This document shows, piece by piece, positions 38,139-51,000 of a stretch of DNA of 64,000 bases. This DNA comes from Basidiobolus meristosporus CBS 931.73 (Eukaryota; Fungi; Basidiobolomycota): assembly GCA_002104905.1 (NCBI GenBank), contig MCFE01000015.1:1-64000 (forward strand), written 5' to 3'. The notes under the pieces were generated by a model. The model was not told the origin of the DNA. It searched no databases and saw nothing but the letters and a program-made list of their open reading frames with translations. Made by a program: the position numbers and the translations under genes. Position 1 is the first letter of the stretch. The number at the start of each line of letters is the position of its first letter.

Positions 38139-39970
38139 ATGGCAAGCCAAATATTGAAGCGTCAGTTGAGTAAGTATGAGGGTGTTCGGTACCGTAAGGT
38201 GTTCGGCACATATTGAAGTTAAATTCTCCTTTGTTGGCTAAGGCACAGGGAAAATCAAACCACTTCGGGGAATTCGGGTGCTCGAAATGGGCCAAGTAAG
38301 CAAGGGGCAGTTGGTTTTTCGCCTAGTTGTCGGCATTGTGACTAACCGTGGCGTTGCTCCCTTTTGGTAGCTAATCGCTGGTCCCTTCACCGGTACAATC
38401 TTGGGATATTACGGGGCTGGTAAGTTGACGATGCGTGTCAAGGAGGCGCAATATCCACCATTCTGATTAACTCTAACTCGTTTCTTGCGGAGACAGAAGT
38501 GGTAACGTTCGGAATGGCTTAATATCATGTCAAGGAGTGTACTCAATCTGGAAGAACAAATAAGATCAAGGTGGAGCCTATTCGAGGAGGGGATCCAATC
38601 AGAGTATGGAGAGATTTGGATAAGGATGGGGTGTCTCCTTGGTTTCGTTCCCTCGGAAGAAACAAGAAGTCGTGCACGATCGATCTGAAAACACCCAAGG
38701 GTCAAGAGTGAGTGGTATCATATATCCAGCAAATTCCAACCCGGTTCCTGATATTTTGTCAAAGACTTGTCAAGCAGCTAGCCGAGAAATCAGACGTCTT
38801 AATCGAAAATTTCCGACCGAATACCATGGAGAAATGGGGCCTAGGGCCAGGTAAAACCCACGTTAACGTTTACACTGCTGATTTCCTGACCAATTTATTC
38901 AACAGACGAAATCTACAAATTGAACCCTGATCTGATCTACACCAGGGTCTCGGGTTATGGCCAGACAGGCCCATATTCTAGTCGCCCTGGATTCGCATCC
39001 GTCTGCGAGGTAGGCTGTGTTGCATGCATGGTTTTCGAGCGTCTACAGAACATTGTGATTGTAGGGAATGGGCGGGTTCCGATACGTCAACGGATTCCCT
39101 GGAGAAGCCCCCGTCCGGCCAAACATGAGTTTAGGAGACTCGTTGGCCGGGCTTCATGCGGCGTTTGGGGTCTTGCTGGGATTGATCGCAAGAGACAAGC
39201 TGAAACAAGAGGCATTGCTCCAACCGCCCAATGGGCCCGGCAAGACTGGCCAGGTGGTAGACGTAGCGATTTATGAAAGTGTGTTCAACATGATGGAGTC
39301 CATCGTACCAGATTACGATAGATTTGGAAAGGTAAATCCACCTTCAACTCGCCCATTCTATTGCTGACTCCTCTCCCAGATTAGAGAAGCCTCCGGCACC
39401 ACCCTGACCGGCATTGTCCCCACAAACGTCTACCAATGCAAGGATGGGAAATACGTGATTATTGGTGGAAATGGGGATTCCATCTACAAAAGGTTAATGA
39501 CCACAGCTGGGAGACCGGATCTGGTAAGTAGGCCATTCAATGATGCGTGATATCGCCCACTCACCATCCCATCTTAGACAACCGAAGAGTACGGGAATAA
39601 TGCGGATAGAGTCCAGCATCAAGCGGTGATTGATGGGGCCATTTCCAGCTGGACAAAAACCCTGACTGCTGCTCAAGTCCTCGAAGCTCTAGACGCCTCT
39701 AATGTACCTTCGGGTAGAATATACAACGCCAAGGATATTGTGGAAGACGACCAGTATAACGCGCGAAACATGATAGAGACGGTGGATGTCAATGGGACCT
39801 CATTGAAGATCCCCGCCATAACACCCAAGCTCTCTGAAACCCCAGGGTCCACCGAATGGGCAGGTCCTAATCTCGGGCAGCACAACAGAGAGGTCTTCTT
39901 GGAACTTCTTGGTATTCCGGAACAGGAGGCGAATCAATTGGTCAAGGAAAAGATTATTGGCGGAATATAA
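38139..39970 (+). CDS. Family III CoA-transferase (CaiB/BaiF type), multi-exon, including a 5-nt microexon at 38497-38501
   Basis: [53 protein letters not shown]. Confidence 0.92.
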
Positions 39971-40194
39971 AAGCACGCCAATTCATGCATAAAAAATAAA
40001 CATTCATCCCTCTGGATTTCCGCGTCAACTGGTAAATACTTGCTGTTATGCGGCTTGAGGTATTCCAGCGTTGATGTCATACCGAGCTTGGCATCAGAAT
40101 CTCTATAAAAGCCTCAGAGGATTAGCAAGAATTGCTCATCCGATTCTCACAAGACATTCTAACCCGTCGAAGGGTCTGTTCTCTATTTACCAGC

Positions 40195-41394
40195 ATGTTC
40201 AAATCAAGTACTGCTCTTCTATTTTTGTTTACTGCCAGTTTGGTGCACGGACAGACTATGGCCGCTGCGAGTGACGGTAGGGTGGATGATAATACATATC
40301 ATGCAAAATGTTGTAATTGTGCTAAAGGACTTGGAAACTCTAGTGTGTGCTTCACAATGCGCGGGAGCAACTGATACTGATTGCATCAGCTGCCTAGGTT
40401 TGTTACTTGAATATGGCTCAGTGAAACAAGTAGCTAACCACCAACCTTGAATTCAGCTCAAACTTCACTGAACTGTGCCAAGGCTTGCAATGAATCATCC
40501 CCAACGCTCCAAATCAATTGTATCAGGAATTGTATCCCTGGTCAAGACCAGAACGCGAACAACCAGCCAACCAATCAGGGTTCCATTACCGTGGTGTTCA
40601 CCTCCACTGTTCCCATAGAGGCCACCGGTACCCTAGGTCCAGTCAGCATCATCCCAGCAACCAGCGGGGAGGTCTCCATCCAAACGATAAATCCTCAGAG
40701 CGAGTCCTCTTTTATCGCAGCAAGTCCTACAAGTATATCCTATGATACGACAATAACAGCAACTCACACCATCACACCTAGTCCAACTGGGAACGGTGGT
40801 GGGGTACACAGCAATACCACACCGGAATATTCCTCAACCACAGCCTTGGTAGCTCCTATTCCAACTCAAAACAACCCCCCAAATCAAGGACAACCTCCAT
40901 TTGGCACCGATGTATTTAGTACATTCGAGTTTCCCAGTGGAAATGGAGGCGGCGCAGGGATCATGCCTACCCAGCCTGACCAAAGAATACCTACTATCGC
41001 GAGTACAGCAATTCCAACCGAAGCATTCCCATCTGATAGCCCTAGCGTACTACCTAGTCCATCGAGTATACCTTCACAAGCACCAACTGGCCAGTCCAAC
41101 TCTCCAACTAGCCCACAATCTAATCAACCGGTCCAAGCTACATCTAACCCAGCACCAACTGAACAACCGCCCACCATTAGCCAAAACTCGCCTCTACCTA
41201 CCAGTGACAACAATAACTCGGGTGAAAGAAACGCACCAACCCCTATTGTGACAGCGCAAACTTCAGCAACCGTGTCAACCGCCGGCCACATCCGGCCTTC
41301 AGCTGCATTATACTCGGGGACAAATTCGGCTCCTAACGCCTCATTATCTTTGTTGGCAATCATCATCGCCTCTTTATTAGTCTCCCTTGTTTAA
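40195..41394 (+). CDS. Secreted, probably GPI-anchored Ser/Thr/Pro-rich protein with a small N-terminal Cys domain (3 exons)
   Basis: Signal peptide MFKSSTALLFLFTASLVHG; CASQC..CISC..CAKAC..CIRNC; long S/T/P tract; hydrophobic C-terminus after NSA. Confidence 0.75.
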
Positions 41395-41794
41395 TGGACC
41401 ATTGTACGGAATTCACACCAATAAATAGCACATGGACACTCCATCCAACAGCACAACAAACCCATCACATCAGCCCAGGTGATAGGTTTACCAGGAAATT
41501 GCCAGGTTTAGTTGAACCCTTTGTTTGGCCCGCCATCTGAAAATATGGCCAACACGAGAAACTGGGGGGAAACGAAAAAAAGGCCATTTACCACCCCCCA
41601 TTTCATCCAAATTCCCACATTGCGGAAATGTTCCCGGATTCATCAGTATAATTTTGGGAAATCTTGAGCCGATGGTTTCTTGTTAGAATGAAACATGATC
41701 CAAAAGGAATCGGAAAATAAGTTGTATGGATTTTCGCACCTTGTAGCTTGACCTTCTCCTTTGTATCTCTGACTGTTGAAAGTGGGTGAATCTT

Positions 41795-43183
41795 ATGAGG
41801 GTTTTATTGAACAACCTCTGGCTCTCGCAAATATGCGGATATGCCTCCCTATGCTTTTGGGTGGTGGTATTTACCCCGTAAGTTCGAGCGTTCTATGTGC
41901 AGTTTAGAAGCATGCTGACGGTGCACTTCCATTGAATAGCCAGCTGTATGAGAATTGGAAACGGAAAAACAGCAGCTCTTTGTCGCTTACTTTTGTGACT
42001 ATCTGGATAGCCGGGGATGTTTTCAACTTGATTGGCGCCTATCTTCAGCAACTACTTCCCACCATGGTATTTTCTCCTCGAATTCGACTGTCTTGACCTT
42101 ACCCAGACTCATTGCCCGAAAGCTTTTCCTGGCGTTTTACTATTCTTTAGCCGATGTAATCACCTCTACTAGACCTTTCTGTTGTTGCGACATAAGCTTA
42201 CCTCGAACCCCACCTTAGGTTGTCCTCCTCTTCCAAGTCATTTACTACCGACGTAATGATCCATATGAAGATGAAGAGCAATCTGCATTGATACACAGCA
42301 GTCATGATTCATATCACTCAACTACGAGCAGTACCGAAGCCATTTCTCGAAGACGAACTGTCAACTGGGCTTATCTGTTTCTAGCAATATTTTGCCTAGT
42401 GGGGTTAGGAATCGTTGGCAGCAAGTACAGACACAGTACAGACAATCGGAACCATGGCCATCCAATCGCCAAAGAATTGCTTTTCCCGAACGTAAGATAG
42501 TTGACGCAGTCTTTCCCATGAGGATATACCTTCGAATAGATCGTTGCTAACACTGTCATCCCAGGGGATCGTCAATTTTCCTGTCGAAGGAGAAATCGCC
42601 CTTGTCCCACAGATATTTGGCTGGATATCGGCCTTTTTGTATGGTAAGAGATTTGGTCCTTTTTCGCACACGCGCACGCGCACACCCTCCGAGATATTGA
42701 TGCTGTTTATGCTAGTCGGAGCGCGGATTCCGCAGATATGGAAAAATTACCAGGATAAGTCGTGTGATGGGCTCTCTTGGATCATGTTCGCGTTATGCGT
42801 GCTTGGGAATCTCTCCTACGTAGGAGTAAGTCTTCATTCAGCACCCTTCATGGATTGCAACTCCCCACTAATCACATGCCCAGTCGATTCTTTTCCACTC
42901 AACCGAAAGCTGGTATATACTCAAGAATCTGGCCTGGCTCGTTGGAAGGTATGAAACATTTGGTTTGCTATTTCGAAACCGGAGCATCGCTAACATTCAC
43001 TCAAGTGGAGGAACGCTATTTTTCGATTTCGTGGTAAGTCTCAACCTACTGAACCACCCGTGTATTTCATGGGCTAACGACGTCCTTCAGATCTTCTACC
43101 AATTCTGGCTCTACCGAGGAATCAAGCGCAATGCCGATGGATACAGTGTATTCTCCACTAACGAAAGCACTCTCTCGGTGTAG
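41795..43183 (+). CDS. PQ-loop vacuolar/lysosomal amino-acid transporter (Ypq/PQLC2-like), multi-exon
   Basis: FTPQLYENWKRK, WIAGDVFNLIG, ARIPQIWKNYQDKSCDGLSWIMF, GTLFFDF; the exact start is uncertain. Confidence 0.85.
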
Positions 43184-44218
43184 ACCAGGATGTGTTGCTG
43201 GCCCTAATCCCTGTCGTCTTGCGACATGTACCATTTAATTGATTAAATCCGCACAGACCACGAATACGCTACCATACTACTACCACCACTACCACTACCA
43301 TCACTATCACCACCGCACGCCCCTCCCCCTGTGGCCATGTAAATAGCTCAACGGGCCTTGTTTTGATATTCTGACCAAGTGTTCCATCGAGAATCTAAAT
43401 AAACGTATTCTTGAGGGGCGACTGGCAAGACCAAATCACCCATGCAATGCAGTTGGCTGCTCGGAAGGTAAAAATACGAAGTCCACACGCTATTTGGGAG
43501 CGTGGCACACCACCACAACCCATTGGCCCTGGATGAATCCCGGTGTTGCCAGACATCGAAACACAACGACAAGGCTATATTTATCACCGGCACCCCGCCA
43601 TAAGGCCGCTGCCATGAAACACCATTGAGGTGTCTAAGATTAGGAACAACGGGACCACACCCTTTTCCTTCCTTGGCCGGCCTCATTTATTTTTAAGATT
43701 GGGTGGTGAGATTGGCGCGAATACCCAGCTCAGACATCACTTACAACCACCCCACAGCGGATCAGCTCCCCTCAGCACAATCCACCCGAATCTATTAATC
43801 TCATAATCACTCTCCAATCCCCAGGCATGGTCAAAATTAAGCGTCGGCGGGCCACAGCTGCACACTCTCGTCCCCATCAATTAGCCAGCATCCGATTGAA
43901 CCCTGGATGTTCTGAGGTGCAAATCATTGCCGGTGATTTTCATAACATTGATTGCCGAATATTCACCATTCGCCGGCGCCCCACCAGACCAATGGTGGAT
44001 GTCACGACGTGTACTTTGGGGCGAACGGGTCTAGCTGATTTGTTGTGGGCCGTTCCGGTTCGTGTTGTTTAGATGTGGAGGGAGAGGCTGGCCGGTTATA
44101 AGACGGGGCGGGATCACTCGCGAAGATCTTACTCACCACACTTCTCGCTCTCAGCAATTTTGGCCATTTTGCGACTGGATATCCCCCATAGATTAGGATC
44201 CCGAACGAACATGCAAGC

Positions 44219-46002
44219 ATGTCTGTAACATGTTCCACCATTCAAGTCGCCCTCGCCATACTGTTGCTCCTAGCCCATACGGTAGGTCGGAGCGAAGCTG
44301 CATTAACCCTGTATCTACCTAATTTCACCCCGAGCCTTACCGTCGAGAACACCGACATGACGCGGCTGAACACCACCAATTACCACCGCATCTCCGGCAC
44401 GCTCCAGATCGCTCAGTTCATCCCAGGCTCCAACTGTCTGCTGCAAGATCCGCCCCCCAACACCACCATTCTGCTTGTGCCTTTCCGCACCGCGCAGCAA
44501 TACGGCTGTGGAACGTACTCGGACGTTGTTCGCCTGAACGGATGGATGGGGGTGGGCAATCACACCAACCACATCCCTGACGTGGCAGTGTTCACGTCGA
44601 TGAACGGCGGCACCCCAGGAATAGGGGAGTATCTCGCAGGGTCTATCTCGGTGCTTTCCCGCGGCGTGCCTATCCTCACTCTCGTGACGCAGGAGAGTAT
44701 GGATTTGTTAGTGGCGGAATTCCAACTGGGAAGCTACGCACAGATCACCGAGGGTAGGTCAAGATCCAACGGCAATCACAACCGCAATCGGGTCCATGCC
44801 TTTATCGCTAACCAGCTTTCCAGATCCAGGACCATGGGCGAGGCTCCGGAGATCGAAGGAACTTCTCGTCTATACCGTCATAGTGAACATACTGTTTGCC
44901 TTGCTGGCCCTTGTTTCACTCAGGGGCCTATTCACCGTGCTCATGTCTCTCTCGGATCGTTGGGTGACCGGGAATGCCAGATTCTATGTGTATCCAGGGA
45001 TCCTGTGGATCTCTTTGTGTAAGTTTCATGGCCTGGCTCATCATGGATCTCATGCAGCCTAATCAGTCCTTGCGTTTCTAGTCAACATCATCATGATGGA
45101 TATCGACCCGTTCGAGGTTAAAGAGAGCACCTTCTCCACCCCTGTTCGCTCGCTGCTCGTATTGGGAGGATACTTCGGTATGAATTGCACCTATGCAGTC
45201 ATTCTGTACTCATGGTAAGTGTGCGTAGGGACTGGCGTTGCTATCCATGGAGGGGCTGACAGCGTTGATTTGTAGGATCCGGCTGTGCCGGCAATTGAAC
45301 CTTCGGATTCATAAAGGGGGTCGGTTGTTGAAACAACTATCCATACCGTTCTACGGAGTAGCCATACTGAGCGTACCGCTGTATCTGATCAACGTTGCTG
45401 GGGCGGTACTCCAGGTGGTGCCTGGCATGCCCGACTGGGTCAAAGAGTTCTATCAGATAGTGACCCTGCTCTTGATTGCCATCAGCGTGTTGGAAGGGAT
45501 CGGGTTCATGGTGTTCGGATACCTGATGGTTTTCACCCTGTTTCAATTCTCTACCGAGCAAAATGCTGAGCTGCGACTCTCGCGGCTGAACACTGCCAAA
45601 AAGGTAACTCCGGTGGAAAAGCCAGTTCAAACAACGAACTACTCACGCCTCCATCTCTAGCTCATCATGATGACCACTGCACTCACCGCCGGGCTCTATC
45701 TATGGGGAGTGGTGATAATCCTGGTGTTTAGCCAACAATTAACCATCGGGAAATTCTGGATCACCAGGATCCTCCAGGATTTCAGTGTCATCCTCTCCTC
45801 GTTTGCGCTCATCCATGTGCTGCATCAGAAGTCGTTCACGAGCGAATCCGAGGAGCTAGACGACGAGGAGTTCCGAGCGAGCGCCCCCACAGTCACCATC
45901 AAGCAAGTGTCCAAAGGCTGTGGCTCCGACAAGAAGCTGGAATCATGGAGCATTGTCTCGCTGAGCTACGAGGATCTTAATGATACCGTTATATCCAGCT
46001 AG
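44219..46002 (+). CDS. Signal peptide, ~150-aa ectodomain and 7TM membrane protein (GPCR-like), multi-exon
   Basis: Signal peptide ending GRSEA; ectodomain with two Cys and several NxT sequons; DPGPW linker; seven hydrophobic segments across four further exons; acidic cytosolic tail. Confidence 0.75.
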
Positions 46003-46904
46003 TACATCCTGTAAATAGCATCCCCACCCATCCACATCCTATGTTATCCCGAATAAATACCATCTCTGCCTGGCCTGGTCAAAGCAGTACAATTCACAAC
46101 CTTGGTGACCGGTTGGATATAAATGGTTGGTAATACCCTTGGTGGCACGTGGACCGATGATGTCTTAGTGATACAAAGGTATCCTGACGTACTCGGAGCA
46201 GTCCTAGACGCCGCCGTCGCACACAATCACTGGACGCGATTCGGGATTCCAGATAGAAGGTTTCGATCCCCCCCCATAGATGTTGGCAGGGGTGATTTTC
46301 TAGAACTCTCAAGACGAAGTTGAGCCACCAATGTTTCAACCATTTCACTCCTCTTCAAACGCTTCGACCGGACCTCCCGGCTTCAACATGGTTCACTTGA
46401 AACACGCCCCCAATCACTTCACATCCCACCTTGCTGCATGACCCAGCTCACTTGTTATCTCTTTCCATTGCTCCTATTGTATACCCCAAAAGGGAATCCA
46501 GAGAGCAGCCAGTCATGTACGAAATGCATCAATATTCATTATGAATCTATGTAGCTGGATCCAATGGCGTGATGACCTTGACCCAGACCGAGATCACATG
46601 CCCAGTCACGTTACTGTCCAAGATAGCATCCTTCGTAGGGATATAAGCCTCAACAGTGTATGAAATCTGTCAGATCTCTAGCACTTCTCGTGAATTCTCC
46701 TTGGAATCCTCTGAAACTTCCCTGCTCTTGGCCGACCCGATTCAGTAGCCCATCTGCAACCCGTTCACCCAGTAACCATTTAAGCCCCCAACTCCAAGCT
46801 AACAGCCAGTCACACCGCACCATCCACCCTTCGGTTATTCTTCTCTCCTTCACAGTCTATACACCCAACACTAAACGCAACAACAACAAGCAAGCTATCC
46901 CATC

Positions 46905-47559
46905 ATGGTGGTCCTAAATAACAACTCCGAAATGCTCATACCAATGCAGAATCTCAGTAGTGATATATCCAAGGATTTCCGGAGTCGAGACGACTCCCCC
47001 TGCCTCGCTGTCTGCTCCATCCTTCGCACTTCCACGTGTCACAAGGAAAACCATTATTATAGCCTGGGTAGCCGAGCATCGTGGTGCTTTTGATGTCCCT
47101 TCCGTTACTTCGTCTGACGGTGACGGAAGGAAAACCGAGATCGGACTGGCCTCCAGGGCTACCAGTGGGTTAGTGGCCTCGACCAACTTCGCCCACCGGC
47201 TGCTCCACCTTCCTGAAGGCTCGTTTCGTAAAATCGACGCCGTGCTAGCCATCGCATCACGTGGGGTGGACGGGATCAAGCCCAACGAGTGGCTGGGATT
47301 CATATCGGAGCAAACACTGTTCCTCAGCCCACCCGACTCAGCAGGCTGGGCGGAGAGCGAATTCCGCGAGTCGTTGATGTCCATCTTGGAATTGGCAGAC
47401 ACCGTACTCAAGTGTGAGAAGCTGGTCATTTGCATGCCCAAAGAAAATCCGGAGACCCCATCTTTGCTACGCGCGTTCATGTACATAGGGTTCGAAATGG
47501 TCCACCCGTCAGTATACAATCCACAACCAGAATACCTACTTCTTGGTTACGAGCTTTAG
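46905..47559 (+). CDS. OAZ1: Ornithine decarboxylase antizyme, expressed by +1 programmed frameshift at TTT-TGA (47088-47093)
   Basis: ORF1 (46905-47093) ends TGG TGC TTT TGA. The +1 frame has no initiator near the junction but encodes FRESLMSILELADTVLKCEKLVICMPK..LLRAFMYIGFEMVHP. Confidence 0.95.
47098..47146 (+). promoter_or_regulatory. Predicted 3' frameshift-stimulatory stem-loop/H-type pseudoknot
   Basis: CCTTCCGTTAC (47098-47108) pairs with GTGACGGAAGG (47120-47130): 11 bp, one GU. Loop GTCTGA (47112-47117) can pair with TCGGAC (47141-47146). The structure begins 4 nt after the shift-site stop. Confidence 0.7.
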
Positions 47560-48017
47560 AAAAGCATGGAGCAACTGATGGCTGAGACCGAGTGTATTTT
47601 AAATTGGAACCGAAAACGATCTAGTCTATTTAGTGCGTGGGCTCTCGAATATCTATAGCAATGTTGTGTTCTGCTTGTTTGTACCAAGAAAATAAATCTG
47701 TATTCATGAACACGTCATCACCAATCGGGTGCCCTTGCTGCAGTGGTGTATCGACTCGTCTCTTACTAAAGAATTTATTTTAACTAGTGATGATGGGTGG
47801 ATGGGAACTAATCCTATAAACTAGTGGTGGTAGCAAAGAAAATAAAACCAATGAAGGAACAATGGCGGAAACTAGGGTTTGACGTGAGAAGGGTTCACAA
47901 TGCATGGTTCGTTCGAGAGTAGTGGGTGGACAAACAGCTATCATGTTCCTGGTCACCGGTCGTTCATCCGGAGCCTCACCCTAACTCCTGACACCATCGC
48001 AATTATAGTTGGGCTCG

Positions 48018-51000
48018 TCATAAGTCGCTCGTATCGATCAATTCGTTCTGGATTTGTCGGTGAATGAAGCACAAGTAGTCTACATATGTCATGTTGTCGT
48101 TGTTTTTGTCTTCCACCATGAGATTGATGAACTCCAGTTCTGACTGATCCATTTGATGGCGGACTATTTGTAGGCTTGGATAGCGTGATTTATCGTCTTG
48201 AAGTCGGGCTATAAGCGCGCGGATCTGGTGGGATGTGGCATTCTCTAGCTTAGGAAGGCTTTGGAGCTTGGGATTGATCTCTTGTAGCGTACCCACTCCG
48301 AAAACCTGTTCCAAAAACTCCTTGGGGATCTGGCTGCCTATCCAAAGCATCAAGGTTAATCCATTTTCGACCAAATAGGCTCCTGTGAGCTCCATGCGGG
48401 CGTATGAATCTCGGATCATTGGTGGCATCGAGAGGATGTTGTGCTCGTTGGGGACACAAGCATTTTCGGGAAGCGTGTGGAGTGGAATAAGGTGTGGATA
48501 TAGGAGTGATGTTGATTGGGCAACACCGATGCTATTCAGGTAGCGCATGAACGATATACGTGAATCAACCGAAATATCAACCCCATTTCTGAATGCTCTA
48601 GACTTGAGGATCGTGAGGGCGTACAGCGGGAACAACTTGAAGGCCTCCGGCAAAATCAACTGACCTGGGGATGTGGAGGTAGCGCAATGCTTTCGATAGG
48701 CCGCCAGTATCCTAACGCATTTTTGCGTCAGTTTTTCTCGGACCGTTTTCAGAGGGGATACGAGACTTTGAGCAACCGCTTCCTTACAAAGCAGATTGAT
48801 GGTAGTATCCATTTCAGCATATCTGAACATATTCCCCATCAATGTGGTGACAGGCACGCTCAAGTTATGCAGACGGATTCTTCGTTGTCCAGAAGAAGTA
48901 GTATACAATAATGCACATTGGAATGTGGCGTCTGTCTTTTCATCGACCTTGGCATCATGCTTAAGTAAGACTGCCACACTCTTGTCACAGTCCAATCCAC
49001 CGAACTCTACGTCAGTAGCATTTCTCATGTAGAAGTTTCCAAAATGGTCATCCAAGCTGAATCCATTAGAACAACGGACTCTCATGATTCCATTGAACCC
49101 GAATTTTCGACTGACATTGCGCTGAAGCTCTCGGGTGAATTTCACTCCATCTTTTTGCGGGTTGAAGTTCATGAAATGATGGATGTCGCCACCAGTCGAG
49201 CTGGCCAAAGCCCCAATCGTTGCAACATCCACGTATGAGTTGGGGAATAGAAATAGATCAACACTGATGCCAGACTCAACCATTTCCGTAGTCAAACTCT
49301 TGTAGAATGTGTCTTGAGGAGAATACATGGTATACTCTTTGTCAGTTCCATTTAGCTTGGGATCATCTCTATTCTTCAAAGTACCGGGCCCGAAAATTGG
49401 CAACGATGTATGGAACGCAAATATCTTCCCACCGAGATCTTTCTAACAATTCAATCATAATCAGAGACTACCTGTGAAAGAACAGCGGGTAACCGGATTA
49501 CTAACCAATGCCATATACGCAGATTGCATTGCTGCCCCAAGTACAGGCTCAACCACGCGATTGTTGGCGAACATAGAGGGTAAACTCTCAAGTAGATTCT
49601 CGATAATATCTCTACATCAGTATTCCATTGAACAAGTTAGCAAACTAGCGAAATCCAAACATAATACTACGTAAAGCACCTTGATTCCATAGGGTCGACG
49701 AGAAAACCTTCATTCAAAGGTACAAACATGTCAAACACGTCAGGAACGATCATCATCTGAGCTTGCTCCAGATTCGGCTATCCAGGTTCACGTTAGATAA
49801 AGGATAATGCTGAATGAAAAACAATTTACTCTTACCGAAAGATTGTAGAAATGAACACTCCTATCATAGGTCATGATGCCCACCCTGACTCCTGGCTCGA
49901 TCCCCTTGCCGGAGTAAATGGCTTCGCGAACTGCTTGGACACATGATTGCAGCATTCCACTTTGGATAGAGTTCCAGGTGACATCAATCGCAAATATGAA
50001 TGAGGCGGGGACTGGCGGGCGGTTACAGTAATCCTATAACAAATTGTGGAAAAGCCAAGATGTTAAGCACAGCAAGATAATTGAAAATAATCAGGCATTT
50101 CAATACGGTACCTTGGTAGCAGCAAATTCCACACTGCCAAACCTCAACTCTGGTCTTGCTTCGATATCCAATCGACGGCCATTCATATCCAAATTGCAAA
50201 AATATTCCTCGGGAACTTCAGAGTTGAAGGTTGTTGGGTTAACATCGTTTCGAAGCAAGCAAGTATCTAATTTAGGGTACCTTCATTGGCAAATTGGCAG
50301 AGATTACAGATAAACTTGCGACCACCATCAACAAACGTGACAAAGGGATTGATGTATGCCTGACAACGATTACAACGAATAGGCCCATTCTCACCGAAGT
50401 CGACTAGCTGAAGTGGGGCCTACATCGATTTATGGTGAGATGATTAGCAATCGATGAAAAACGTGGTCGAATACGGATCTAGATTAAATGTACCTCATCA
50501 CTACGTAACTCTGCCAGAGGTTGTATAATCATACCTAGCGGTAAATCGGAATTATGTAGCAAGTCCGTTGTAGCCGGGACATTGTACATGGTCATACGCA
50601 TAAATCTTGGGTTAGAGCAACCTATATCCCAAGAATGGTTAATTTCTCCACCCAACTAAAGAAAGGGTTCACTCTTACCCTCGTCAATAGCCTTAAAATC
50701 ACTACTGGCCAGGGGAACACTGGTTCTTGAGTAGGTCATGTATGGAGCATCTACAAAATTCTTTTGATTTTGCTCCTGGACAGCAATCGGGGATGGAATT
50801 TGGTCAGGATCAATTCGATTTCTCGGTGGATTCTCCATGGTAGGTCTACCAATGTTAGGGGGGACCGGTTGGTTGAGTGGTGGCATCATTGCCTGTGGCT
50901 GACCTTGAATAGGTCTGAAGTTTGCCATGGCTGGATTTTGAACAGGTGCTTGGCTTCCCATAGGGCTATACAATGATGGAGCCTGTTGCTGCGAGGGTAA

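Noticed and set aside
43267-43316. ACC/ACT trinucleotide-like run
   Set aside because: Ordinary imperfect microsatellite in 3' intergenic DNA.
46660-46917. Upstream ORF ending PSWWS-stop (TGG TGG TCC TAA), mimicking an antizyme shift site
   Set aside because: A +1 shift hits TAA after one codon, ORF1 is in the other frame, and the ATG may lie upstream of the TSS; probably coincidental, although a uORF role is not excluded.
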